Assembly (NCBI GenBank): GCA_964596615.1
Contig: CAZQUN010000001.1
Coordinates: forward strand, 1,750 to 65,749
Source of the DNA: an uncultured Candidatus Saccharibacteria bacterium
GTDB lineage: Bacteria; Patescibacteriota; Minisyncoccia; Portnoybacterales; UBA2143
Reading direction: 5' to 3'
DNA length: 64,000 bases
Shown: positions 27,452 through 36,755 of the stretch, piece by piece
How the letters are laid out: each line of letters opens with the position of its first letter
How positions within the stretch are numbered: position 1 is the first letter of the stretch
Notes under the pieces: generated by a model
Databases searched by the model: none
What the model saw: the letters and a program-made list of their open reading frames with translations, nothing else
What the model was told of the DNA's origin: nothing
Translations under genes and position numbers: made by a program

Positions 27452-29200
27452 TTATTCCAGTACAGCTTTGATGCGACGGATACCAGCGCTGGAAGATTGT
27501 TCCTTGGTAATTTTAAAATGACCTAATTCTCCTGTTTTTTCAACATGGGGACCGCCGCAGATTTCCTTTGAAAAATCTTTAATATCGTAAACTTTAACTT
27601 TTTCTCCGTACTTTGATTCAAAGACTCCGGTTGCTTTTTGTTTTTTAGCATCTTCCAAGGACATTTCATCGCAAATAACTGGGAGGTCTTTTTCAATAAC
27701 TTCATTAACTATTTTTTCAACTTCTTTAATTTGTTCATCGGTCATTTTCTCCGGATGAGAAAAATCAAACCTTAATCTTTCAGCAGTAATATTGCTCCCT
27801 TTTTGAATCACGTGGTCGCCAAGAACTTTTTTCAAAGCCGCTAAAAGCAAATGGGCGACAGTATGAAGTTTTTTGGTTTCCTCACCAGCATCAGCCAAGC
27901 CACCTTTGAACTTTCCGGCCGAAGCAGTTCTTGATAATTCCTGATGTTTTTCTAATTCTTTTTCAAATTCTTTTTTATCGACTTTAATCCCTTTTTCCTC
28001 CGCCAATTCTTCAATCATTTCAATTGGAAAGCCGTAGGTTTGATAAAGATTAAATGCATTTTTGCCGTTAATCTCTTTTAGTTTGTTAAATTCTTTCAAT
28101 CCTTTTTCCAGGGTTTGCCTAAACTTTTCTTCTTCTTTTTCTAATTCATTCAGAATAAAATCCCTATTCTTCTCAAGTTCTGGATAAATGTCTTTATGAG
28201 TATCAATACAAACCTGAGCTATTTCTTTCGTAAAATCAGAATTAATGCCAAGAATTTTTGCCTGTCGGATAGATCTCCTGATTAAACGACGTATTGTATA
28301 GCCCTGGTCTACATTTGAAGGTGGAATACCTCTGTCATCGCCCATTATGAATGTTGCCGACCGAAGATGGTCGGCGATAATACGAAAAACCCTCAGATTA
28401 TCTTTGTATTTCTTGCCGGAAATATCTTCAATCTTTCCTATAATCGGCTGAAAAAGATCTATTTTATAGTCATCCTCCTTATTCTCACCCATAACAGCTG
28501 TTATCCGTTCCAGACCGAGACCAGTATCAATATTTTTCTGGACTAATTCCTTAAAAGAACCATCTGGTTCCCTGTTATACTGCATAAAAACAATATTTCC
28601 TAATTCTGTATATTTTCCGCATTGGCAAGAAGGATTACAATCTTCATTGCATTTATCAATACCGAAATCATAAAATATTTCGCTATCAGGTCCGCATGGT
28701 CCTGTTTCTCCAACCGGACCCCACCAATTCTCCTTCTTTGGAAGATAAAAAATTCTTTCATCAGGAATACCTAATTTCTTCCAAATCTTTACCGCTTCGT
28801 CATCACGCGGAGCATCTTTATCGCCTTCAAAAACAGTTACATTTATCTTTTTAACAGGAATTCCTAATTCCGAGGTAAAAAATTCAAGATTCCATTTAAT
28901 GGCATCTTCTTTGAAATAGTCGCCTAGAGACCAGTGGCCGAGCATTTCAAAAAAAGTATGATGGAAACCATTTCCGACTTCGTCTATGTCATCCGTCCTG
29001 ACACATTTCTGTATATTAACTAAACGCTTACCTTCGGGATGTTTTTCTCCTATTAAATATGGGACTAAAGGATGCATCCCGGCTGTGGTGAATAAGACCG
29101 ACGGATCATTTTCCGGAATTAAAGAAGCGCTTGGAATAAAAGCGTGGTTTTTTGACTTAAAAAAATCAATATATTTCTGTCGTAGTTCTTTTGATGTCAT
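27452..29200 (-). CDS. alaS: Alanyl-tRNA synthetase, short form lacking the C-Ala domain
   Basis: AlaRS catalytic core (FTTAGMHP, WGPVGETGPCGPDSEIFYD), tRNA-recognition and editing domains with HxxxH...CGGPHV zinc motifs. Only 582 aa. Confidence 0.85.
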   Translation of the reverse strand: MTSKELRQKYIDFFKSKNHAFIPSASLIPENDPSVLFTTAGMHPLVPYLIGEKHPEGKRLVNIQKCVRTDDIDEVGNGFHHTFFEMLGHWSLGDYFKEDAIKWNLEFFTSELGIPVKKINVTVFEGDKDAPRDDEAVKIWKKLGIPDERIFYLPKKENWWGPVGETGPCGPDSEIFYDFGIDKCNEDCNPSCQCGKYTELGNIVFMQYNREPDGSFKELVQKNIDTGLGLERITAVMGENKEDDYKIDLFQPIIGKIEDISGKKYKDNLRVFRIIADHLRSATFIMGDDRGIPPSNVDQGYTIRRLIRRSIRQAKILGINSDFTKEIAQVCIDTHKDIYPELEKNRDFILNELEKEEEKFRQTLEKGLKEFNKLKEINGKNAFNLYQTYGFPIEMIEELAEEKGIKVDKKEFEKELEKHQELSRTASAGKFKGGLADAGEETKKLHTVAHLLLAALKKVLGDHVIQKGSNITAERLRFDFSHPEKMTDEQIKEVEKIVNEVIEKDLPVICDEMSLEDAKKQKATGVFESKYGEKVKVYDIKDFSKEICGGPHVEKTGELGHFKITKEQSSSAGIRRIKAVLE

Positions 29201-29253
29201 AAAACATCTTCCCTGATCTAATCAGGTCAAATTATTAAAATTATACTACCCTA

Positions 29254-29511
29254 CTATTCTGATTTAATAAACCTATTATAAAGCCAGGCAAAAATCCATC
29301 CGCCAATAAAGCCATAGATAAAGCCCCAAACCAGACCAATAAAAGCGCCCATATAACTGATTGAGTAACCAAAATAGAATTGTTCTATGAGGGCTAATGT
29401 ATTGCCGCCATCCTTTAACATTACCCAGATAGTCATTATTAAAACTATCAACCCCCAAGTAATTCCAGAAGCCAGGGCAAAGGCCTTTTTGTCTAATTTC
29501 ATTTTTCTCAC
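29254..29511 (-). CDS. Small two-helix membrane protein
   Basis: 85 aa with two long hydrophobic segments. Confidence 0.45.
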   Translation of the reverse strand: MRKMKLDKKAFALASGITWGLIVLIMTIWVMLKDGGNTLALIEQFYFGYSISYMGAFIGLVWGFIYGFIGGWIFAWLYNRFIKSE

Positions 29512-29523
29512 CCCCCTTCTTTT

Positions 29524-31179
29524 TTAAGATTTTTCTTCTTTTGATTCCTGATCTGGTCCGATAACTTCCTTTAATTCCTCTCTTAATTCCCCGAGATTAA
29601 CTTCTTTTCTTTCTTTTTTAGGATGAAATGACTGAGCTTCTTGTTTTATTGCTTCTCCTAAAGAAATTTTTTCTTCTGGAGATTGAGCGGTTTTTGGTTC
29701 TTTGGTAATAATAGAAGAGTCTTTGTCTTCTTTTTCTTGTCTAACTTTTTCTAAACACTCCGGACAATAGACCGGTCTAACATTATCTGGTTCAAATTTA
29801 ACTTTTGTTTTTTTACTACACTCAGAACAGACCGCATCATGCAAGGGTTGCCTGGTTTGACTGGCTTTTTTTTCTGTTTCAATTACCTTGCTAACACCGC
29901 TCCATTTAGTAATCTTTTCTTCAACTTCTCTCTGTGAATTGGCATATCTCTCCCTTGAAACATTTACTATTTTCTCCCTCTGGTCAGTAGAGCCAATATC
30001 TATTGGCGGCAGGGTTTTGGCAGAGAAAGGCCGACGATTAACACCATCAATCATTAATCGCAGATAGACACAATAGTTTTCCAGATTAACCAGGTCCTGG
30101 ATATTGAATTCCGGAGAAAATTCTTTCTCCAAGAATTCAGCGTCAGCGGCGCCAACCCGAAACGAAATTAAAGTGCCAACATTGCCAAAAACCGCATCCC
30201 TAACCTTGGTTGTTTGTTCATCTACCAGTTGGCCAATATATTGATGGGCAATAACCAGATTAAGACGATATTTCCTGGCTTCGGATAGAACTCCGGCAAA
30301 AGAATCAGTAGCAAAATTCTGAAACTCGTCAACATACAAATAGAAATCCTTTCTTTGATCTTCCGGAATACGAACTCTTTCCATGGCGGCTAATTGAATT
30401 TTTGTAATGAGCATTGCTCCTAAAAGAGCAGAATTATCTTCTCCGACTCTTCCCTTGGAAACATTGACCAAAAGAATTTTCTTGTCGTCCATAATTTCAG
30501 GAATCCTGATTGTGCTCTTTGACTGGCCAACAATATTACGAATCAGTCCGGTTGAGAGGAATTGCCCAACTTTGTTCTGAATTGGAGCAATGGCTTCATT
30601 CCTGAATTGGTCCCGCCAACTGGCATATTCATTAATCCAAAAGGCCCGGACAACCGGATCTTTAACATTATCAATAATTTTCTGGCGGTAATCCTTGTCA
30701 ACCAGGATCCTTAAAATCCCCAAAAGAGTTGTTCCCTCGGTGTCCAAAAGAGCCAAGACACAGTTATTTAAAATATATTCCATTCGGGCTGACCAGACAT
30801 TAGCCCACATTTTAGTAAAAATACCCATTAGATCAGAAGCGACCAGGTGTTTGTATTTCGGGTCAACAACTTCCAAAACATTAAAGCCAATTGGATATTC
30901 AGTGTCAGCCGGGTTGAAATAGACGACGTCGTTGACCCGATGAGAAGGAATTTTATCAACAACTTCTTCAACAAATTCTCCGTGCGGGTCAACAATACAA
31001 ACCCCATGGCCGTTCTGAATATCCTGAAGGGCCATATTTTTAAGAAGAACGGTTTTACCAACACCGGTCTTACCAATAATATACATGTGCTGGCGTCGGT
31101 CATTCTTCTTAATGCCAAAAGTCTTATCTTCTCCTCGAAAATTAGTCTTGGCAAAAAATGTAATATTATTCTCTTCCAT
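29524..31179 (-). CDS. FtsK/HerA/TraD(VirD4)-superfamily P-loop ATPase with a C-terminal Zn ribbon
   Basis: Walker A IIGKTGVGKT, Walker B LYVDEFQNF, and a VIAHQ sensor-like motif. Has no TM helices of its own. C-terminal CSEC...CPEC ribbon and a charged low-complexity tail. Confidence 0.6.
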   Translation of the reverse strand: MEENNITFFAKTNFRGEDKTFGIKKNDRRQHMYIIGKTGVGKTVLLKNMALQDIQNGHGVCIVDPHGEFVEEVVDKIPSHRVNDVVYFNPADTEYPIGFNVLEVVDPKYKHLVASDLMGIFTKMWANVWSARMEYILNNCVLALLDTEGTTLLGILRILVDKDYRQKIIDNVKDPVVRAFWINEYASWRDQFRNEAIAPIQNKVGQFLSTGLIRNIVGQSKSTIRIPEIMDDKKILLVNVSKGRVGEDNSALLGAMLITKIQLAAMERVRIPEDQRKDFYLYVDEFQNFATDSFAGVLSEARKYRLNLVIAHQYIGQLVDEQTTKVRDAVFGNVGTLISFRVGAADAEFLEKEFSPEFNIQDLVNLENYCVYLRLMIDGVNRRPFSAKTLPPIDIGSTDQREKIVNVSRERYANSQREVEEKITKWSGVSKVIETEKKASQTRQPLHDAVCSECSKKTKVKFEPDNVRPVYCPECLEKVRQEKEDKDSSIITKEPKTAQSPEEKISLGEAIKQEAQSFHPKKERKEVNLGELREELKEVIGPDQESKEEKS

Positions 31180-31180
31180 A

Positions 31181-32560
31181 TTATTCTACAGGTAAATCAA
31201 TTGGCGCTTCACGCTTTCTAGCTTCAACTTTGGGCGCTAACGGCGCTTTAACTGTTTCAATTGGGAAATGATAAATTGTTGCTAATTCTTCAACATTAAA
31301 TGTAAAGGGTTTACTTCTCATAAAAATCCATTTTAGAATCGGCAAACGCTCAAAAAGATGGGGTCTTAGATAAGGGATATTATCCGAATGTTGGACAAAG
31401 TCCCTTTTTTTGTAATCAGCAAAAACTCTTCTGGCCCGATAACTTTCCCTTGGTCCTTTTATTTGAAGCCGGTAATCAATAAAATCGGTTGAGATTTTTG
31501 CGCTGGGCTTAAATCCATTAAGACCCTGGATAGTGAATTGCTTAAAAGAACCAATAACCGTATTGACATTAGGTCTTTGATAGACATCCCTGTCAGCCAG
31601 GTAAATAAATCGGATAATTGTATCAAAGCCAAGTTTAGAAATATTTCTTTCTATGGCGCTAATAGTCTCTTGTTCTCCTTTGGTTGTTGTCCACAAAAAT
31701 GGGGTATCCGTCTTTCCATCCTCCCCGGCTGGAGATTCAAGCGGTTTGCCGGTAACCAATTGATGACCAACCGACTTGGAAGCGTCTTTCCAGGCGACGG
31801 CCTCTTTTTTTACCTCGCCCTGATTTTTTTCTACCTTACGGCCAACTAGTTTATCCCTTAATTCTTCCCCTTTCTTTTGCCAAGTATCGTCAACCGGCCG
31901 GACTAATGTTTGAATCCAAATTTGTTCCCTTGGTCCCATTTTAGACATAATCTCCATTAAAGAAGCGATTGGGTCAATCCGTTGCTCTTCTGAACTAGCT
32001 TCCTTTTCAAATTCAAAGTAGGTTCTAATCGGATAGGCATCTTCTTTGAGTAAAATAAATTCCGTTCCCCAAAGAGTGCGATTTTCATCTGGAAGATCAT
32101 CCGGAACAGAATCAACGTAATCTGCTACCTGGCTAATTTCTGCTTCGGGATACTGGGCGTAAATATTGGACTCAATTAAATTACGAAGTCCAGAGACAGT
32201 TCTGATATAGAAATGGATTTCTCCGCCCAAACTGACCATTTCCATACTAAACCACCTTTGAACTTCTCCTAAAATATTCCTTTCCCACCAGTTTTTCCCG
32301 CCCTGAGCGCCATGTAAGGAACAAAAAAACTGCTCCATAGCCTGAGCGGTCTTTTTAATGTCTTGGGGCGGGATGACTTCTAAAAGAATCCAATCCATTT
32401 CATTGATATAGAGATTTCTTTTCCATCTCAGCCAAAAACCTTTGGTTAAATAAAATAGAAGCAAAGGAAGCCAAATCCACCAAAAGGATAACAAAAACCC
32501 TCCAATAAACAACAGGACACTAATAAGAAGTGAAAAAATTTGAATCAAAAAAGATAGCAT
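31181..32560 (-). CDS. Membrane protein partner of the TraD-like ATPase
   Basis: Two N-terminal TM helices (IFSLLISVLLFIGGFLLSFWWIWLPLLLFYL) and a ~400-aa soluble domain. The stop sits 1 nt before the ATPase start. Confidence 0.5.
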   Translation of the reverse strand: MLSFLIQIFSLLISVLLFIGGFLLSFWWIWLPLLLFYLTKGFWLRWKRNLYINEMDWILLEVIPPQDIKKTAQAMEQFFCSLHGAQGGKNWWERNILGEVQRWFSMEMVSLGGEIHFYIRTVSGLRNLIESNIYAQYPEAEISQVADYVDSVPDDLPDENRTLWGTEFILLKEDAYPIRTYFEFEKEASSEEQRIDPIASLMEIMSKMGPREQIWIQTLVRPVDDTWQKKGEELRDKLVGRKVEKNQGEVKKEAVAWKDASKSVGHQLVTGKPLESPAGEDGKTDTPFLWTTTKGEQETISAIERNISKLGFDTIIRFIYLADRDVYQRPNVNTVIGSFKQFTIQGLNGFKPSAKISTDFIDYRLQIKGPRESYRARRVFADYKKRDFVQHSDNIPYLRPHLFERLPILKWIFMRSKPFTFNVEELATIYHFPIETVKAPLAPKVEARKREAPIDLPVE

Positions 32561-32634
32561 TGATAATTTAATATTACCAAAATTAGAGAATAAGCGCCAG
32601 TAACTAATTTTTAAAAAACAGGTTTAAGTTTACC

Positions 32635-33693
32635 CTATTTTCCAATTAAAACATATTTGCCATCTGAACTCTTGGCAAAATATTTCTTGTTCTGAAGATT
32701 AATTAAAACAGTATTGGTTTTAGCCATTCGGGATTCCAAAACTTTTCCAAGAATTTCTTCCTTGGCCATTGGACCATTTTCTTTTAGGGTCTGGATAATG
32801 ACATCCTTGATTGTCCCGGGCTGATAACCCCATTCTTTAAGAGCGTAAGTCCCCCGGCCAACCAGAATAAAGCGGGGATCTTTAATTAACTCATTATGAA
32901 CGGTCTGGGATTGAGCCAGATTAGAACCAAGATTAGCAACATTAATTAAATCAGAAACTTCTCTGAAATGCAGAGGGCGACCCTGTTCTTTAAGAACGAT
33001 GTAGGCTTTGTCTTTAGCGCCTCGAGGATTAATTTCTGGCCACTTGGAAAGGCCGAAGTAGCCAAAATTATTCTGGCTGATTTGTTTGGTCGCATCAAGA
33101 TAGGAATCCAAAGTCCTCTTATTAATCTTCTTATTCAATTCTTTGGAATAATCCAGAATCTGACTTGAAGAAATTACCTTTTCTCCGTTCTCAATCTTTT
33201 TAACCAAAAAATTAACTAATTTATCAGCCTGATTCAAGGCATCTTTTGAATTAGCCCAAAGAGGATAAAATTTATCTGACTCAACAAAGCGCTGGTAGGG
33301 CTGGCCCAGAGTCAAAGCAAAGTAGACCGCTCCTCTGGCCGGATGAGAAGAATCAGTTCCTGTTAAAGAGGAAAGTAATCTTTCTTCCCTGGCAACTCCG
33401 CCTTCCTGGTTTAAGAAATTATCAACAAAAGAAAAACTTGGCTTTAAAGCATTAATTGATTCTGATCTTTTCAAATCCGAAAAAGCGACTTCTTCTATTT
33501 GACGAACCCGCTCTCTGGTAATGCCATATTTTTGCCCAATCTCTTCTAAGGTCTTTCTTTGTCCGTCTTTAAGACCAAAGCGAAGGGAAATAATATCGCG
33601 TGTTCTTTGGTTTGAAACATTTTTAAGCGCTTCAGAAACCATTTTTTCGTAACTTGTCAGAGTTGTTTTACTCATCACAAAAAAGTTTAACAC
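32635..33693 (-). CDS. Sigma-70 region-4-like HTH protein with an uncharacterised C-terminal domain
   Basis: N-terminal TLEEIGQKYGITRERVRQIEEVAF matches the sigma70 region 4.2 HTH. The remaining ~250 aa has no region 2 or region 3 motifs. Confidence 0.55.
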   Translation of the reverse strand: MLNFFVMSKTTLTSYEKMVSEALKNVSNQRTRDIISLRFGLKDGQRKTLEEIGQKYGITRERVRQIEEVAFSDLKRSESINALKPSFSFVDNFLNQEGGVAREERLLSSLTGTDSSHPARGAVYFALTLGQPYQRFVESDKFYPLWANSKDALNQADKLVNFLVKKIENGEKVISSSQILDYSKELNKKINKRTLDSYLDATKQISQNNFGYFGLSKWPEINPRGAKDKAYIVLKEQGRPLHFREVSDLINVANLGSNLAQSQTVHNELIKDPRFILVGRGTYALKEWGYQPGTIKDVIIQTLKENGPMAKEEILGKVLESRMAKTNTVLINLQNKKYFAKSSDGKYVLIGK

Positions 33694-33715
33694 AATATTT
33701 TTTTCTAGTCAACCC

Positions 33716-34600
33716 CTATTCCCTGTATCTTCTTCCCTGCCATAAAACAATCAAAGGGCTGGTAATGAAGATTGAGGAGTAGGTACCAATAATTATTCCG
33801 ATAATTAGAGCAAGAGAAAAGTATTTAATCGTTTCTCCGCCTAAAAGGAATATCGCCAAGAGAACGAAAAGGGTTGTCAGGGCGGTATTAAGACATCGGC
33901 TAATGCTCTGGTTAATGCTTAAATTAATCGTCTCAGTAAAATCTTTCCAATCGGTCTTTAAAAGGTTCTCTCTCGCCCGGTCAAAGATAACAATACTGTT
34001 ATTAACAGAATAACCCAAAATAGTCAAGAAGGCGGCGACCAAAGGCAGTCCAATTTCAATTTGTTTGATTTCTCCCAGAATTGAGAAAAAGCCGAGGGTA
34101 ATGAAAACATCATGGAATAAAGCAGCAATGGCGACCAGGCCGTACTGCCAGGAAGCAACCGGCTTGGAAACTTTTCTAAAGGCCCAGGCAATATAGATAA
34201 TGATGGCCAAAAGAGCCAAGCCAATTGCCCAAAGAGCTTTTCTTTTCAATTCAGAACCAATAACCGGACCAATTGATTCAAATCTTTCTTCTTCAACCGG
34301 ATTAATCTTTGAAAGAATTTCCTGATGAGTTGCCTCGTCAAGATTTTTTAATCTTAAAATTAATCCATTTTCTCCGGTTGGCTGTAAATTAATTTGTCCT
34401 AAATCCAAATCGTTTAGCTTTTCCTTAATCTGATCATTGGACGGCCTTCCTTCCATAAATTCAACTTCAATTAGACTGCCGCCGGTAAAATCAATTCCTA
34501 ATCTTAATCCAAAAAATATTAAACTCAATAGGCTTCCCAAGATTAAAAGGAGCGAAAATGAAAGATATATTTTTCTGCGTTTAATAATTTCTATTGCCAT
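33716..34600 (-). CDS. secF: Protein translocase subunit SecF
   Basis: 294 aa, six TM helices, SecF periplasmic domain and DFTGGS motif. Confidence 0.85.
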   Translation of the reverse strand: MAIEIIKRRKIYLSFSLLLILGSLLSLIFFGLRLGIDFTGGSLIEVEFMEGRPSNDQIKEKLNDLDLGQINLQPTGENGLILRLKNLDEATHQEILSKINPVEEERFESIGPVIGSELKRKALWAIGLALLAIIIYIAWAFRKVSKPVASWQYGLVAIAALFHDVFITLGFFSILGEIKQIEIGLPLVAAFLTILGYSVNNSIVIFDRARENLLKTDWKDFTETINLSINQSISRCLNTALTTLFVLLAIFLLGGETIKYFSLALIIGIIIGTYSSIFITSPLIVLWQGRRYRE

Positions 34601-36033
34601 ATTTTTCTAACTTCTTCAAATTTAGTCCCAACAAAAACCTTTAAAAAATTCTTAGTGATAACAATAGCAGAGAACATACTCAAAAGAACACCGATTCCCA
34701 GAGTTAGGGCAAATCCTTTAACCAGCCCGGTAGCAAAGATGTAGAGGATCAAGCTGGTAATAATAGTTGAGATGTTGCCGTCGCGAATTGCCGGCCAGGC
34801 CCTTAAAAACCCTTCGTCAATACTACCAGCTAAACTTTTGCCCGATCGAAATTCTTCTTTGAATCTTTCAAAAATTAAAATATTGGCGTCAACCGCCATA
34901 CCAATTGAAAGAATAAAACCGGCAATCCCAGCCAGGGTTAATGTTACCGGAATCAATTTAAAAATAGCCAGAATTAAAACAACATAAACAATTAAAGCCA
35001 AGCTAGCCATTAAACCAGGCAAGCGGTAATAGACAATCATAAAAAGCAGAACAGCGATAAATCCCCAGAGAGCAGCCTGAAGGGATTTGTCCAAAGAAAT
35101 TCTTCCCAAACTAGCTCCGATTGTCTGCTGATTAATCAGATTAATTGGAACAGGCAAAGCGCCGGCATTAAGACGCTGGGCCAGTTCTTTGGCCTCGGCT
35201 AAATTAAAACTGCCTGTAATTTCAGCTTTGCCGCCGGAGATTGCTTCCTGGACAACCGGAACACTAATTGGTGCTCCGTCTAAATAGATTGCTATTCGTT
35301 TGCCAATATTATCTCCGGTTAATTCTTCAAAGATTTTGCCGCCCTCATCATCAAATTCCAGACCAACATGAGCCTGGCCGGTTGTCTGATCAAACTGAAG
35401 CTGAGACCCTTTTAAGAATCTTCCGGTTAATTGAGTTGTTTCAAAAAATGGATCTTGGAGTAAAATTCCTTCTTCTTTTAAGTTTATTTCTTCGCCTCTT
35501 TCCATTTTTTCTCTAATCTCTGTTTGTTTATTTAAAATACCCTCTGCTTCTTCCTGGGATTTCTCTGTTCTGAAATCCAGAGAAGGCGTCTGGCCAATCA
35601 TTTCAATTGCCTGAGAAACATCCTTTATTCCAGCCAATTCAACAATTAAACGATAACTTTCCCCAACCTTATTAACCTGAACAACCGGTTCTGAAACGCC
35701 AAAAAGATTAACCCGCCTTTCAATCACATCCCTGACTCCTTGCATTGAAGCAGAATAATCTTCTGAAGGAATACTGGATAAATCGGCCTCGTAAATTAAA
35801 TGTGTCCCGCCCTGTAAATCAAGGCCCAATTTAAAGGGTCGGTTAAAGAAATTAGGCAGTATCTTTGTTCCGACATATTTATTAACCCAATTAGCTGGTT
35901 TATCCCATAAAGCCGGGGCATCAAAAAAAGCCGCTAAAAGAGCGACGAGGAGGATAAGAAAAATAGCCCCAAGGACTTTTCTGTTTCTTTTGCCTCTTAT
36001 CGGCTTATCTGTCTTTTTTCTAAAAATTCCCAT
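34591..36033 (-). CDS. secD: Protein translocase subunit SecD
   Basis: 480 aa, LGLDLQGG motif, RND-like TM bundle. Overlaps secF by 10 nt. Confidence 0.85.
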   Translation of the reverse strand: MGIFRKKTDKPIRGKRNRKVLGAIFLILLVALLAAFFDAPALWDKPANWVNKYVGTKILPNFFNRPFKLGLDLQGGTHLIYEADLSSIPSEDYSASMQGVRDVIERRVNLFGVSEPVVQVNKVGESYRLIVELAGIKDVSQAIEMIGQTPSLDFRTEKSQEEAEGILNKQTEIREKMERGEEINLKEEGILLQDPFFETTQLTGRFLKGSQLQFDQTTGQAHVGLEFDDEGGKIFEELTGDNIGKRIAIYLDGAPISVPVVQEAISGGKAEITGSFNLAEAKELAQRLNAGALPVPINLINQQTIGASLGRISLDKSLQAALWGFIAVLLFMIVYYRLPGLMASLALIVYVVLILAIFKLIPVTLTLAGIAGFILSIGMAVDANILIFERFKEEFRSGKSLAGSIDEGFLRAWPAIRDGNISTIITSLILYIFATGLVKGFALTLGIGVLLSMFSAIVITKNFLKVFVGTKFEEVRKIWQ

Positions 36034-36054
36034 AATCTTAAACTAACTCATTTA

Positions 36055-36117
36055 TTCATTTTTGTCAAAGAATCTGCTTTCTTTCTTGACAAATTATGTT
36101 CTGTATGATATAATTAT
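36055..36117 (+). repeat. Direct repeat copy 1 (63 nt): promoter and operator region of the secreted-protein cassette
   Basis: Identical 63-nt string TTCATTTTTGTCAAAGAATCTGCTTTCTTTCTTGACAAATTATGTTCTGTATGATATAATTAT recurs at 36641-36703. Confidence 0.9.
36086..36114 (+). promoter_or_regulatory. Consensus promoter TTGACA-17-TATAAT (cassette 1) with a flanking 8-bp inverted repeat
   Basis: TTGACA at 36086-36091, TATAAT at 36109-36114. TTTGTCAA (36061-36068) is the exact reverse complement of TTGACAAA (36086-36093). Confidence 0.6.
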
Positions 36118-36177
36118 GGTATACTATTTCAATGTTCTTAACTTTTTAACCCTAAAATCAGAAAGAGGAGGATTGAA

Positions 36178-36567
36178 ATGAAAAAAGTTCTTTTTATCAG
36201 TTTGGGTATCGCCCTGGTTCTGACCGTTGTTTCCGTTGCTGTAACAGAGGAAGAGGAAACAGCTTCTTCTTTAATTTTTATTATTGAGGGTGCTGAGCTC
36301 TCAGGAGTAGATAAACAGAACACCGTTGATTGGATAACGTCCGGACATAACATATACCCAAAACTTATTAAATTGGTCCGGATCCAGGTTGACTACCTGG
36401 TCCGCGTAAAAATCGTGGACCATGACGGCAAAGAATACTCCGTCCGGCAAATCTGGTCAAGTAGTGTCCCGGTGGCAAACGCAACCCTTTCAGCTGTCGT
36501 CGACACTTTGGTGAAACGAAATGAGGAGTTGAGCCAGATCGTCACCGGAAGTGGCGGAATGCACTAA
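36178..36567 (+). CDS. Small secreted protein A (129 aa, signal peptide)
   Basis: AGAGGAGG lies 6 nt before the ATG. Signal peptide MKKVLFISLGIALVLTVVSVAV, then an acidic stretch EEEE. Confidence 0.6.
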   Translation: MKKVLFISLGIALVLTVVSVAVTEEEETASSLIFIIEGAELSGVDKQNTVDWITSGHNIYPKLIKLVRIQVDYLVRVKIVDHDGKEYSVRQIWSSSVPVANATLSAVVDTLVKRNEELSQIVTGSGGMH

Positions 36568-36587
36568 TGCACCCGCTCCAAAACAAC

Positions 36588-36627
36588 AAGGCCTGTTCAA
36601 AAAGCCGACAGGTCTTGTTTTTTTATA
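36588..36627 (+). terminator. Rho-independent terminator of cassette 1
   Basis: AAGGCCTGT-loop-ACAGGTCTT (9 bp with one G-U), then GTTTTTTTAT. Confidence 0.6.
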
Positions 36628-36640
36628 AAAATAATTTCTT

Positions 36641-36703
36641 TTCATTTTTGTCAAAGAATCTGCTTTCTTTCTTGACAAATTATGTTCTGTATGATATAAT
36701 TAT
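36641..36703 (+). repeat. Direct repeat copy 2 (63 nt, identical to copy 1)
   Basis: See copy 1. The similarity continues with divergence through the 5' UTR (TTTTAACCCTAAAA...AAGGAGGATGAAATG). Confidence 0.9.
36672..36700 (+). promoter_or_regulatory. Consensus promoter TTGACA-17-TATAAT (cassette 2)
   Basis: TTGACA at 36672-36677, TATAAT at 36695-36700, same inverted-repeat context as cassette 1. Confidence 0.6.
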
Positions 36704-36755
36704 AGCAAGTTATTTTAACAATTTTAACCCTAAAACAAGCAAGAAGGAGGATGAA

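Noticed and set aside
29201-29253. Possible T-box or attenuator leader upstream of alaS (CCTGAT-cta-ATCAGG hairpin at 29211-29225)
   Set aside because: The spacer is only ~50 nt, far too short for a T-box. The hairpin is more likely a weak terminator for the upstream small membrane gene.
36567-36755. Upstream extension of the cassette-2 ORF (ORF-track start at 36567)
   Set aside because: The extension runs through the terminator, the promoter and the SD. The ATG at 36756, preceded by AAGGAGG and followed by a lipoprotein signal peptide, is the credible start.
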